A stretch of 64,000 bases of DNA from an uncultured bacterium (GCA_965541585.1 CBEUCH010000003.1:96001-160000), one strand, 5' to 3'. Shown: positions 23,904-33,769, numbered from the stretch's first letter. A program made the numbers and translations. Notes: generated by a model from the sequence alone, not told the origin.

Positions 23904-24500
23904 TTGATCAGGAAATTTGTCATCACAGTCTTATCGGTCGCCCTTGTGGCCGGTCTGAGTTTTGCCCAGGAGGAAGAGGAGAAAGTGGAAGAACAACCGG
24001 AGAAGAATCCGATCGTCAAGATCCAGACCAATCATGGCGATATTTATTTAGAGGTTTTCCTGAATGAAACGCCGATTCATGCTCAGAATTTCCTTTCCAA
24101 GGTGGATGAGGGGAAATATGACAGTCTTATCTTCCACAGGGTTGTGAAGGGCTTTGTCATCCAGGGTGGAGATCCGAGCGGTACCGGGAGTGGCAGCATG
24201 GGTCCTGAGCGCCTGGCTGATGAGAAGTCGCCCTTCCCGCAGGTTCGGGGCACGGTTGCCATGGCGCGTTCAAAACCGGGAGCATCCAACTGCCAATTCT
24301 ATATCAATCTCGGCGATAATACCCGACTTGATAAACAGGATTTTTCCTCGTTCGCCAGAGTCGTTCACGGGATGGACGTGGTGGATGAAATCAGCCTCGT
24401 CGAAGCAGCAGGTCCACAAGGGCAAACGCCGGTAGAAAAAGTAATTATGCATACGCTTTCCAGGGTTGACAAAATACCTGAAGTACCCGAGGGTGAATAA
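23904..24500 (+). CDS. Periplasmic cyclophilin-type peptidyl-prolyl isomerase
   Basis: Signal peptide, FHRVVKGFVIQGGD, GTVAMAR. Confidence 0.93.
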   Translation: MIRKFVITVLSVALVAGLSFAQEEEEKVEEQPEKNPIVKIQTNHGDIYLEVFLNETPIHAQNFLSKVDEGKYDSLIFHRVVKGFVIQGGDPSGTGSGSMGPERLADEKSPFPQVRGTVAMARSKPGASNCQFYINLGDNTRLDKQDFSSFARVVHGMDVVDEISLVEAAGPQGQTPVEKVIMHTLSRVDKIPEVPEGE

Positions 24501-24506
24501 GGGCTT

Positions 24507-25676
24507 TTGAAAAATATCGCGATACTGGGCTCCTCCGGGTCGATCGGCAAGAACGCCCTCTGGGTTATCAGCCGGTTCCCGGAGGAGCTTAGAGTTTTCG
24601 GGCTCTCGGTTCATTCGGATATCGAAACCCTGAATGAACAGATAAAGAGATTCAATCCTCAAATAGTTTGTATATCGGACAGGAAGGCGGCGCACCGTTT
24701 TCATTCGATAATGGTAGATAAATCTATTGATCTGTATTCCGAGCAGGAAGGGCTTGAGAAGCTGGCCTCTCATCCCGATGTTGATATCGTCGTCAATGCC
24801 GTAGTGGGCTTCGCGGGGCTTCGGTCGACCCTGGCCGCCGCCCGGGCCGGCAAGCGTATCGCGCTGGCCAACAAAGAATCGATGGTGGCCGGTGGCGATC
24901 TCGTGAACAAAACTGTCGAGGATCACAATGCCGAAATTATCCCCGTAGACTCCGAGCATTCTGCAATCTTCCAATGTCTCAAAACAGGCCGAAAAAGCGA
25001 GGTGAGAAAACTCATTCTAACCTCCTCGGGAGGGCCGTTTAGAAAACTTGCAAAAGAAGAGTTTGGCAAGATTACAGTTGAACAGGCGCTGGAGCATCCA
25101 ACATGGAAAATGGGCAGGAAGATTACAATAGACTCGGCTACGCTCATGAATAAGGCGCTGGAGGTGATCGAGGCAGTCTATCTGTTCGGGCTTCAGGCAG
25201 ATAGGATTGAAGTGGTAATCCATCCCCAATCCATCATCCACTCTATGATAGAGTTTACGGACGGTTCCGTTATTGCGCAACTCTCCCGTCCGGATATGAG
25301 GCTGCCGATACAATACGCGCTCTTCTATCCGGAACGTCGGGAGCTGAATACCGCCGATCTGAAGTTTGAAGAAGAGCTTAGGCTCAGTTTTGAGCCGCCG
25401 GACGGAAATCGGTTTCCCAGCCTGCGGCTGGCGCGCCTGGCTCTCGAGATGGGTAAGACGGCCCCAACCGTCTTTAACGCCGCCAACGAGGTAGCCGTGG
25501 AGGCCTTTTTAAGCCATAGGATAGGCTTTCAGGAGATCTTTGAGGTGGTTGAACATACGCTTGAGAATACATATATTGAAACCTCTGGAAGTATTGAAAC
25601 GATAATCAAGGCCGATAAGAGCGGTAGGGAGATCGCTTCCGGATATCTTTCCACTATTGAAGAGAGGGCTGATTGA
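24507..25676 (+). CDS. dxr: 1-deoxy-D-xylulose-5-phosphate reductoisomerase
   Basis: LGSSGSIG, LANKE, PVDSEHSA, HPTWKMG. Confidence 0.97.
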   Translation: MKNIAILGSSGSIGKNALWVISRFPEELRVFGLSVHSDIETLNEQIKRFNPQIVCISDRKAAHRFHSIMVDKSIDLYSEQEGLEKLASHPDVDIVVNAVVGFAGLRSTLAAARAGKRIALANKESMVAGGDLVNKTVEDHNAEIIPVDSEHSAIFQCLKTGRKSEVRKLILTSSGGPFRKLAKEEFGKITVEQALEHPTWKMGRKITIDSATLMNKALEVIEAVYLFGLQADRIEVVIHPQSIIHSMIEFTDGSVIAQLSRPDMRLPIQYALFYPERRELNTADLKFEEELRLSFEPPDGNRFPSLRLARLALEMGKTAPTVFNAANEVAVEAFLSHRIGFQEIFEVVEHTLENTYIETSGSIETIIKADKSGREIASGYLSTIEERAD

Positions 25677-25690
25677 GACAAACCAATTAT

Positions 25691-25716
25691 GGAAACTTTG
25701 AGATCCGGGAAACGTT
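25691..25716 (+). promoter_or_regulatory. ECF-type promoter GGAAAC-N16-CGTT upstream of rseP
   Basis: Matches SigW/RpoE-type -35 (GAAAC) and -10 (CGT) with 16-nt spacer in the dxr-rseP gap. Confidence 0.5.
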
Positions 25717-25740
25717 AGTATATCAGGAAGTGCGTGAATT

Positions 25741-26823
25741 ATGTTTGATTGGATAATACCGTTTATTGCCATACTTGGGCTTCTGGTTTTCGTCCATGAG
25801 TTGGGGCATTTTATTGCCGCAAAAAGGTCGGGCATCAAAGTCGAGAAATTCTCGCTCGGATTTCCGCCGAACCTGATTTCGAGAAAGATCGGGGAAACCG
25901 AATACTGTATCGGCGCCATCCCTCTGGGCGGCTATGTTAAGATGAAGGGGGACATTTCCGATTTCGCCGATGATGACACTCCTCCTGAAGGTGAGCCCGG
26001 CGAATTCTTATCGGCTCCTATCTGGAAACGGGTAATAGTCATCGCCGCCGGTCCCATTATGAATTTCGTGACGGCGATTTTCCTGTTTTTTATAATGATC
26101 TGGGCCTGGGGACATTGGGAAATAAGGCCTGACTCCACTGAGGTCGGGGATATTATGCAGGATACCCCCGCTTTCCATTCCGGGCTGAAAGGTGGGGATG
26201 AGATCATTGCTATTGACGGTAATTTCTTCAAAGACTTCGAAGATATGGCGGCATATATCCGGGGTAGGCCGGATCGCGATTTAGTCATCAAGTATCGGCG
26301 GGATGGGATCGACAACCTGGTTACGGTCAGAACCAAGCAAATCGATTATGTCGATTCACTCGGGGTAGATCATTCGCGCGGATATGTCGGAATTGAACCT
26401 CTTTTTGATTTTTATTCGACCAGCTTTAGTCAGGCCTTGCGCGGCGCCCCCAGGGCCACAATTTTCTTTTCGGTATTTACTCTTGATATCCTCTGGAAAC
26501 TGATAACCGGGCAAGAATCGATAAAAAACCTTGGCGGTCCAATCATGATCGCCGACCACGCCGGCAGGGCCATGAGTCGCGGCTTACCATACCTGTTCAA
26601 TCTGGCGGCGGTTTTATCGATAAACCTGGCGATTTTGAACATTCTTCCGATACCGGTTCTCGATGGCGGCCATCTGGTCTTTCTGAGCATCGAGGCTATC
26701 CGCCGCAAACCTATACCGTTTAAAAAACGGCTTTTCTGGCAGCAGGTCGGCATGGGGCTCTTGTTGCTTTTAATGGTCGTCGTTACCTACAACGATATAG
26801 CCCGCCTGATTACGGGCGGCTGA
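25741..26823 (+). CDS. rseP: RIP metalloprotease RseP (site-2 protease, PDZ)
   Basis: HELGH, GGYVKM, NILPIPVLDGG. Confidence 0.96.
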   Translation: MFDWIIPFIAILGLLVFVHELGHFIAAKRSGIKVEKFSLGFPPNLISRKIGETEYCIGAIPLGGYVKMKGDISDFADDDTPPEGEPGEFLSAPIWKRVIVIAAGPIMNFVTAIFLFFIMIWAWGHWEIRPDSTEVGDIMQDTPAFHSGLKGGDEIIAIDGNFFKDFEDMAAYIRGRPDRDLVIKYRRDGIDNLVTVRTKQIDYVDSLGVDHSRGYVGIEPLFDFYSTSFSQALRGAPRATIFFSVFTLDILWKLITGQESIKNLGGPIMIADHAGRAMSRGLPYLFNLAAVLSINLAILNILPIPVLDGGHLVFLSIEAIRRKPIPFKKRLFWQQVGMGLLLLLMVVVTYNDIARLITGG

Positions 26824-26897
26824 ATACCTATCTTTAATGCTCAACAATTATTATGGGCGGCAGACCCTGAAGCCTGCATTTCCTGAAAGCGGCGGCA

Positions 26898-26944
26898 GCA
26901 GGTCGGGTTTTATCGGGTAATGGCTCTCGAAAAACCCGACCTAC
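26898..26944. repeat. GTAG-type REP-like inverted repeat
   Basis: GCAGGTCGGGTTTT...AAAACCCGACCTAC (13/14 inverted match) between convergent rseP and WYL genes. Confidence 0.6.
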
Positions 26945-26948
26945 TAAT

Positions 26949-27905
26949 CTACATTATGTCGTCTGAAGCTCGTGGGTTTGATCTAGAATAATTCTCCAAA
27001 GCCGAATCCAAAATCTTTTTGATCTCCTTCCGCGCCGATTGCGGCTCCAGTATTTCGGCCTCGGGGCCGAACCCTAAAATCCAACGGATGAATTCCTCGC
27101 GGCCGGCAACGGTCGTTTCATAAATGATAGAACCGTCCTTTAACTCTGTAATCTCCTCGTAGGGCTGATGTTTAGATGTTTTAACCATAACGGCGGCTTG
27201 GCCTGAAAACTTCACCTTGAATTTGGTTAATTTGCCCTTGTAGACTCCCCAACTATTTTGAAAATACTCCTCTATGGAGAAATTCTCTGGCATCTGGAAT
27301 TTTTCGCGGGATAATCCGACGGTTTGAATCCTGCCGAGACGGAAGGTGCGGATATCGTCTCTCAAATAGCAATGCCCAACCAGGTACCAGGCGCTCTTTC
27401 TAAACGCCATGGCGTACGGGGATATCTTCCTTTTTGTCTTCTCGCCTTTCAGAGATTCGTACGATATAGTGATATTTCTTTTTTCTCTGATGGCATTCTC
27501 AACCGACGAAGTCAGTTTATGATTGATCGATTTCTCGGTAGACACGACTCCTATGGCGATACTTCCCGAGGCATTTTTGCTTTCATCTGTGACCTCGATC
27601 TTTTCAGTAATTCTTCTGGCCGTTTCACGAAATGGTCCTCCCTTTTCGAACAGCGGCGATTTTAGAAGGCTCAGCAAAAATCCCGCCTCGTGGGCTGAAA
27701 GGTTGGTTGGCGGCAGGAAACCGTCATGCAGGAGCTTGTAGCCGCCGTCGAAATAGATCGGGATATTGGCGGCGGAGATGGAGATAATATCCCGGTAAAT
27801 CGTGCGCTCGGTGACTCCGCATTTCCTGGCCAGGTCCGACGCTCTTAGTCTACGATTTAACCGCAACAGGGATAAAATATATAATAGTCGCTCTGTTTTC
27901 CTCAC
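26949..27905 (-). CDS. HTH-WYL-WCX transcriptional regulator (YafY/PafBC-like)
   Basis: LARKCGVTERTIYRDI HTH; WYLVGHCYLRDDIRTFRLGRI; WILGFGPEAEILEP. GTG start at 27905. Confidence 0.93.
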   Translation of the reverse strand: MRKTERLLYILSLLRLNRRLRASDLARKCGVTERTIYRDIISISAANIPIYFDGGYKLLHDGFLPPTNLSAHEAGFLLSLLKSPLFEKGGPFRETARRITEKIEVTDESKNASGSIAIGVVSTEKSINHKLTSSVENAIREKRNITISYESLKGEKTKRKISPYAMAFRKSAWYLVGHCYLRDDIRTFRLGRIQTVGLSREKFQMPENFSIEEYFQNSWGVYKGKLTKFKVKFSGQAAVMVKTSKHQPYEEITELKDGSIIYETTVAGREEFIRWILGFGPEAEILEPQSARKEIKKILDSALENYSRSNPRASDDIM

Positions 27906-28041
27906 CGGGAAAATATAGATTCGTCTTTTCTCGATGTCAATGTCTATAAAGCAGCTCATAAATTGCCGGATGAAGTCAAATAGTATAGGCCTGATCCCAT
28001 AATAAACAGACAAAGAGGTCAAGATAGCCTCCCGGGTGGCA

Positions 28042-28070
28042 TTGCAATTCACTCTCCAGGCCGTTATAAT
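28042..28070 (+). promoter_or_regulatory. Sigma70 promoter of lipoprotein operon
   Basis: TTGCAA-N17-TATAAT. Confidence 0.55.
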
Positions 28071-28183
28071 CTATTGGATTGCATCAGGTTCCAAATCCAT
28101 TGCAATATTGAACGCTTCTCCTTCCGTCCGGCACAGCCATTGCAGAAAGCTCCTCTCAGAAATCATCAAATCAGGGGGGGAAT

Positions 28184-30208
28184 ATGATCTTAAGAAAGAA
28201 TATCCCGAAAGGGTCGACGGCACTGGCGCTGACCTTACCGATCTTGGTTTTGTTCCTGGCATCCGGGTGCTCTTTTGATACACCCAAATCGCCGTCCTGG
28301 GTGACAACCTGGGACGTTCCTATTGCCAATAGGACGTATGATATTGCGGAGCTTCTGGAGCGAATCGACGATTCGAACATCATTACCGACAGCCTGGGCA
28401 ATCCTGCGTTTTCAATAACGCAAACCATCGATACCATCGCCGTGGAGGATAACCTGACGGTCGATGGCATAACCATTGACGTGCAGGATTCCGTCGGCGC
28501 AATTGATATCGAGCCACCCAGCGATGAGTCGGCAACCACGAATGTCAACGATTTTCTGCCCGTTAACCTGGGTGTGGTTCCACCAATATCCTTCAGCTAC
28601 AATGAGGCGCTGACGGCTCTGGATAGATTTAGTTGGATGGATGTTGAATCAGGTACACTCGATCTGACTTTTTATAACGGCCTTGAGGTTGATCTGGATA
28701 CGTTTGAGGTGACTGTTATCGATGAATCCGACATGCATGTTGTAGGCGTTGCGACTTATACGAATGGCCTAAGCTATCTCGAAACCGAAACTCAATCTAT
28801 CGATCTTTCCGGACAACGGATTTCCAATACCCTTTCAATGAACTTTGATGGACACACCCCGGGCGGGGTTTTAATATACGCAGGCCCTCTAAACCTAAAT
28901 GCCACCGCGTCATTTCCGGATAGTATCACCGTTACCGCCGCCAGGGCCGAGACGCCGGCAATAAACATCAACCAGACCCAGTCGACTGCACTCACAGATT
29001 CCACCAGAATCATATCATCGTCGATATCCGGGGGGACGCTTCAATTCGATATTTCGAACTACACACAACTTCCTTTCACAATTGACATTCTGTCCACCAA
29101 TTTCACAAGCTCCGGTAGTCCGCTTCAGATAAACAGGCAGGTTGTCGCCATGGGAGTGACCCAGGTGAATATAGATCTGGCCGGATATAGCTTCACACCC
29201 ACTGACAGCGGTTCGTCGCAATTTGTCGATGTTGAAATGAGCGCAGTCGCGCCAGCCTCAGCGCCGCTACAGTATACGGTCAGCTCATCTGACAGCCTGG
29301 GAATACATGTAGATCTTTCCAGTATAACCTTCGCCTCTATTACCGGTCAGATCCAGCCGACCTCGGTTGATATAGACCCTGTTCAACAGGATGTCGAGAT
29401 TCCGGAGGGTATGGATCAAGCCCGGCTGACTCAAGCGGTGTTGAGCCTGAATCTATACAATAACAGCACCGTCGATGCTGATATCGATCTGCTCCTGCAG
29501 GGGGGAGGCAATTCCATCGCCATCAACGATCGCATGTCGGGAAAGAGCTCACCGGGGGCCTCAGCCGAGCTGACGACAATATCTATTAGTTCGCAGGAAC
29601 TCTCGGATTTCCTAAATCCCCCGCCCAGCCAGATTACGATTTCAGGCCAGGCGATATTGAACCCCGATTATGCGATATCAACAATTACTGCTAACGATAA
29701 TTTCTACGGCGAGGTGGAAATCTACTCGCCATTTGCGTTTGCTATTTCGGATACGATATCGATCGATATGGATATTTCAGATTCCGAAATAGATGCAGAT
29801 TCGCGACCCGACAATTTCGATGAAACCTTTAGATATGGCACCATTGACGTTGAATTCGACAGCCACCTGCCCCTGGGACTGTCGATGACGCTTTATATAG
29901 GGATTGTTTCGGATTCCACTCTATATGATCATCCGGCTACCCTTATTCTAGGGCCGTACTCGCTTGAGCCGGGTATAACAGATGGGAACGGACATGTGAT
30001 CGAATCTGTAATTTCGAATATCTCCGATTCCTTAAACAGCGATCAGTTCAGTATTTTCGATAACGATACGGTCTATTTCGGCCAGATGATAAATCTACTG
30101 CCGACCGATACCGCAGGCGTCCAGGTCTTGGGAGCAGATTATATCAGCCTAAAATCCAACGCCAGGCTGCAGGTTCAGATCGGCGATAATATCTGGGATA
30201 ATGAATAG
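28184..30208 (+). CDS. Large acidic beta-rich lipoprotein, function unknown
   Basis: Lipobox LASG-C; D/S/T/I-rich with internally similar beta segments. Confidence 0.8.
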   Translation: MILRKNIPKGSTALALTLPILVLFLASGCSFDTPKSPSWVTTWDVPIANRTYDIAELLERIDDSNIITDSLGNPAFSITQTIDTIAVEDNLTVDGITIDVQDSVGAIDIEPPSDESATTNVNDFLPVNLGVVPPISFSYNEALTALDRFSWMDVESGTLDLTFYNGLEVDLDTFEVTVIDESDMHVVGVATYTNGLSYLETETQSIDLSGQRISNTLSMNFDGHTPGGVLIYAGPLNLNATASFPDSITVTAARAETPAININQTQSTALTDSTRIISSSISGGTLQFDISNYTQLPFTIDILSTNFTSSGSPLQINRQVVAMGVTQVNIDLAGYSFTPTDSGSSQFVDVEMSAVAPASAPLQYTVSSSDSLGIHVDLSSITFASITGQIQPTSVDIDPVQQDVEIPEGMDQARLTQAVLSLNLYNNSTVDADIDLLLQGGGNSIAINDRMSGKSSPGASAELTTISISSQELSDFLNPPPSQITISGQAILNPDYAISTITANDNFYGEVEIYSPFAFAISDTISIDMDISDSEIDADSRPDNFDETFRYGTIDVEFDSHLPLGLSMTLYIGIVSDSTLYDHPATLILGPYSLEPGITDGNGHVIESVISNISDSLNSDQFSIFDNDTVYFGQMINLLPTDTAGVQVLGADYISLKSNARLQVQIGDNIWDNE

Positions 30209-30217
30209 GAGGGGATA

Positions 30218-31492
30218 ATGAAGATCATCAGGAAATCATTCGGAATATTGTCAGGGAGTTTTTTGATATGCCTGTTCGCTTTCGGAATGGCCCTGGGATG
30301 GGGGGAATCCAGCCCGAGGGCCGTGGCCATGGGAGGGGCTTACACTGCCTTGGCCAGAAACATCGAGGCTCCTTACTGGAATCCGGCCAATCTCGGCCTC
30401 TCCGACGGCAACGGGCTCTCGATCAACCTGTTTAATGTCGGGGTCGGGGTAAAAAACAATAGTTTTTCGCTGTCGGCATATGATAAGTATAATGGCAAGT
30501 TTCTCACCGACGGCGATAAACAGGATATTTTAAACTCGATCCCTGCCGACGGCCTCTCGCTTGATCTGCTGGCGGAGGTATCGGCATTGAACTTCTCGGT
30601 AGGCAATTTCGCGGTAACCTATAAGGGGTATGCCGCCTCAAGCATAAGTATAGACCGCGATCCATTCGAATTACTGCTCTACGGTAATGCCGTAATGCGC
30701 GAGGTATCCTTTTCAAACAGTCGGAGCGAGGGTTACGGCATAGGAGATGCCTCGTTGTCGTATGGCAGGGCTATCCGGGAATGGCAGGGTGGTGAGTTTG
30801 CTGTTGGAGCCAGCTTCCATTATCTAAAAGGTTTGGCTTACCAGAAGATTCTTGAAGCGGACGGTGGGGTGGTTACTACTGATACCGGATTCGTCGGCAG
30901 CGGAAACATGCTAATGCGCACTGCACTGGGAGGCTCCGGATTCGCGACGGATCTGGGAGTTTCGGTTCGATTCGAGGAAAACTGGTATTTCTCGGCTGCC
31001 TGGCAGAATGCTTACAGTAAGCTGGTCTGGGATAACGAAACCGAGGAAACGTTATTCACATTCGATATGCAGCCCGTTACGATTGACGCCCTGGCCGACA
31101 GCGCCGAAAGCGACTCTCTGGTGACATCCAGCGATACGACCTACTCCGTGGATTCATTCGGCTCGACTCTGCCATCGGTCTTCAAGCTTGGATTGGCGAG
31201 GAATTACCGTAACATGTTGTGGTCGGTGGACTGGGTACAGGGTTTTTCGAATCGTCCCGGACAGGGGGTAAATCCGAGGATCTCCGCGGGATTTGAGTAT
31301 AAACCCTTAGGCTTCCTGCCGCTCAGAACCGGATTCGGATTCGGCGGCAACCAGGGCACCGTTTATTCGTTCGGATTTGGACTTCATTTCGGACCGTATA
31401 ATTTCGATTTAGGACTGGCAAATTCGGGCTCGCCGTTTCCGTGGCATACAAAAGGGGCAAAAGTTGCTCTCGGAATGGGCCTTTATTTCTAA
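30218..31492 (+). CDS. Outer-membrane beta-barrel, FadL/PorV/DUF5723-like
   Basis: AMGGAYTALA...YWNPANLG N-terminal motif, amphipathic strands, terminal Phe. Confidence 0.8.
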   Translation: MKIIRKSFGILSGSFLICLFAFGMALGWGESSPRAVAMGGAYTALARNIEAPYWNPANLGLSDGNGLSINLFNVGVGVKNNSFSLSAYDKYNGKFLTDGDKQDILNSIPADGLSLDLLAEVSALNFSVGNFAVTYKGYAASSISIDRDPFELLLYGNAVMREVSFSNSRSEGYGIGDASLSYGRAIREWQGGEFAVGASFHYLKGLAYQKILEADGGVVTTDTGFVGSGNMLMRTALGGSGFATDLGVSVRFEENWYFSAAWQNAYSKLVWDNETEETLFTFDMQPVTIDALADSAESDSLVTSSDTTYSVDSFGSTLPSVFKLGLARNYRNMLWSVDWVQGFSNRPGQGVNPRISAGFEYKPLGFLPLRTGFGFGGNQGTVYSFGFGLHFGPYNFDLGLANSGSPFPWHTKGAKVALGMGLYF

Positions 31493-31507
31493 AAGGAGGG
31501 AAGATAA

Positions 31508-33241
31508 ATGTTTGGGTTGAACAGAATGGTAAGAGAGACAAGACACAGGCTATTTACGCCTCTGATGTTTTTTTCAAGCCTGCTCTTTCTGATGATCACA
31601 TCGATCGCGAGCGCCATGCCGCCGCATCCTGACGTGATAGACAAGATTGAAAGGGGAGAGATAGAGGTTCCCTATCATATTCAGAATAAAGCGGTGCTTG
31701 AGGCGGCCGGTCTCAACTCCGGCGGAGAATCGATTCTTAAGAAAGCGGGAATTCTTGGCAAACCGGGGGTTTCGGGTAATTTTAAGATCCTGACGCTTCT
31801 TGTCGATTTTTCCGATAATGCGGCCTCGGTGAACGCTATTGATTTCGATACGCTGGTTTATGTCGATGTTAGCGGCAGCGTCAACAATTTCTACAGAGAA
31901 AACTCCTACAATAACCTGTCCATTGTTTCGCCCATATACCCGTCATCATTGGGGTGGTATCGGGCGCCGCAGACATATAGTTATTATGTCAATAACAACT
32001 ACGGATTCGGGACGTATCCTCAGAATTCCCAGAAACTGGCTGAGGATCTCATCGCTCTGGCCGATGCCTCCGTTGATTTCTCTCAGTTTGATAACGACCT
32101 CGACGGCACTGTTGATGGTTTAATTATAGCACACGCAGGGCCGGGTGCGGAGCTTTCGGGCCAGACCACCGATATCTGGTCGCACAAATGGTCTATAACG
32201 CCTCAGTTGAGGGACGGTGTCTGGATCTCTACGTATTGCATAAATCCCGAATATTGGATAACACCGGGCGATATTACTCTGGGCGTTTACTGCCATGAAC
32301 TGGGTCATGTTCTGGGTCTTCCCGATCTCTATGATACCGATAATTCATCGAGGGGAATTGGTAGATGGAGCTTAATGGCCAGCGGAAGCTGGAACGGCTC
32401 TTTAGGCGCGTCCCCGGCGCATCTTGATGCCTGGTCAAAATTATTCCTTGGTTTTTTGAGCCCTAATATTCCCTCATTCGACCAATACGGAGTGAGTTTT
32501 CCCCAGGTGGAGACAAATCAGACCATCTACAAACTCTGGACTAACGGCGCCCCGATATCTGAATATTTTCTCGTCGAGAATCGTCAGCAGGTGGGGTATG
32601 ACGCGTTTCTACCGTCATCGGGCATGCTGATCTGGCATATCGATAATGACATACTCAATAACGATAGCGAATGGTATCCCGGTTATACGAGTTTCGGCCA
32701 CTATAAAGTGGCTCTCGAGCAGGCTGACGGCCTCTGGGAGATGGAACAAAATACTGATTATGGCAACTCAGGAGATCCTTATCCGGGTAGCACCGTAAAC
32801 AGAACTTTCTCCGGGGTCTCGACGCCAAATTCAGACGCTTATTCCGGAACACCGACACAGGTTGAGGTTAGCAATATCAGTAACTCCATGGCAACCATGA
32901 CTGCCGATGTCATCATTGGATCACCGCAAAACATTGCAGACGAAGGTGATGGCCTGCTCCCGGAGCGGGTACGGCTACTGGGAAACGTCCCCAATCCATT
33001 TAATCCTGAAACCATTATCAATTTTGAAGTTACTGCAGAGACTGCGATTAAGCTTGAGATCTTCAATTTGAACGGACAACAGATAAGGACTCTTGCCGAT
33101 CAATCTCTGTCGGCAGGGCTCTACAGGATGGCGTGGGATGGTAAAGATTCGATGAAAGGAGATGTCAGTTCAGGGATATATTTCTATAGATTGAGCTATC
33201 CCGGCAATGCTGTGGCGCAAAAAATGTTGAAACTAAAGTGA
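31508..33241 (+). CDS. M6-family (immune inhibitor A) metalloprotease with T9SS/FlgD-type CTD
   Basis: HELGHVLGLPDLYD, WSLMASGSW, EYFLVENRQ, GMLIWHID; PNPFNP...SSGIYFY CTD. Confidence 0.93.
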   Translation: MFGLNRMVRETRHRLFTPLMFFSSLLFLMITSIASAMPPHPDVIDKIERGEIEVPYHIQNKAVLEAAGLNSGGESILKKAGILGKPGVSGNFKILTLLVDFSDNAASVNAIDFDTLVYVDVSGSVNNFYRENSYNNLSIVSPIYPSSLGWYRAPQTYSYYVNNNYGFGTYPQNSQKLAEDLIALADASVDFSQFDNDLDGTVDGLIIAHAGPGAELSGQTTDIWSHKWSITPQLRDGVWISTYCINPEYWITPGDITLGVYCHELGHVLGLPDLYDTDNSSRGIGRWSLMASGSWNGSLGASPAHLDAWSKLFLGFLSPNIPSFDQYGVSFPQVETNQTIYKLWTNGAPISEYFLVENRQQVGYDAFLPSSGMLIWHIDNDILNNDSEWYPGYTSFGHYKVALEQADGLWEMEQNTDYGNSGDPYPGSTVNRTFSGVSTPNSDAYSGTPTQVEVSNISNSMATMTADVIIGSPQNIADEGDGLLPERVRLLGNVPNPFNPETIINFEVTAETAIKLEIFNLNGQQIRTLADQSLSAGLYRMAWDGKDSMKGDVSSGIYFYRLSYPGNAVAQKMLKLK

Positions 33242-33475
33242 TGTTTGTGAGGGACTTAAAGGAGGCGGTTGAAGTGAAGGGTCAAACTCAACTCGATCAG
33301 GTAGAATCCGAGGATTCACCCGGTAATATCAATTATATCGAGGGGGGGGGAGAAGAGCCAGAAGGTCAATAAGGAGCGAATAGAGAGGCTCAAGAAGGCC
33401 TTCAGGCCCAGCAGGTTGCATGGTATTGTTGAAATCCAGGATGAAAGAAATCAAAGGAAAAAAACAACCAAATAA
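33241..33475 (+). pseudogene. Small ORF interrupted at a G9 tract (possible phase variation or sequencing error)
   Basis: ATG overlaps the protease stop (TGATG); GGAGG precedes in-frame GTG 33274; stops at 33372; removing one G of 33342-33350 extends it to TAA 33475. Confidence 0.4.
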
Positions 33476-33505
33476 TACTTGACTTTTAAAAAGGAGGGCT
33501 TAATC

Positions 33506-33691
33506 ATGAAGAAGTGGGTTGTTGCAACTGCGGCGATCTTCGCCATGAGTGTGGTGGTTTCCGGGATCGCCGGATGCGGAGCGAAACTTCCGACCAAGTC
33601 GGAATCTGGTGATGGTAATGCGCAGGAGACCAAAACGGTGGTTACCATGGAGATTATCGAAGACGACGGAAACGAAATATTGATCGATTGA
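33506..33691 (+). CDS. Small lipoprotein (61 aa)
   Basis: RBS AAGGAGGG, MKK plus hydrophobic core plus lipobox IAG-C; acidic C-terminus. Confidence 0.8.
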   Translation: MKKWVVATAAIFAMSVVVSGIAGCGAKLPTKSESGDGNAQETKTVVTMEIIEDDGNEILID

Positions 33692-33715
33692 TCTTGAGAT
33701 GACGCGGTATTTTAC

Positions 33716-33754
33716 CCTTGAATGTCTTCCACCCCCTCCAGAAGATATTTGAGG
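33716..33754 (+). ncRNA. Candidate 3'UTR RNA hairpin with C-rich anti-SD loop
   Basis: 14-bp stem (3 G-U pairs) with loop CACCCCCTCCA, just before a terminator. Confidence 0.35.
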
Positions 33755-33769
33755 TTGATCCCGCTCGCC

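Noticed and set aside
33350..33475. FlgM-like anti-sigma28 in the restored micro-ORF (KERIERLKKAF)
   Set aside because: Resemblance is limited to a few residues; the following G-x-Y motif of FlgM is absent.
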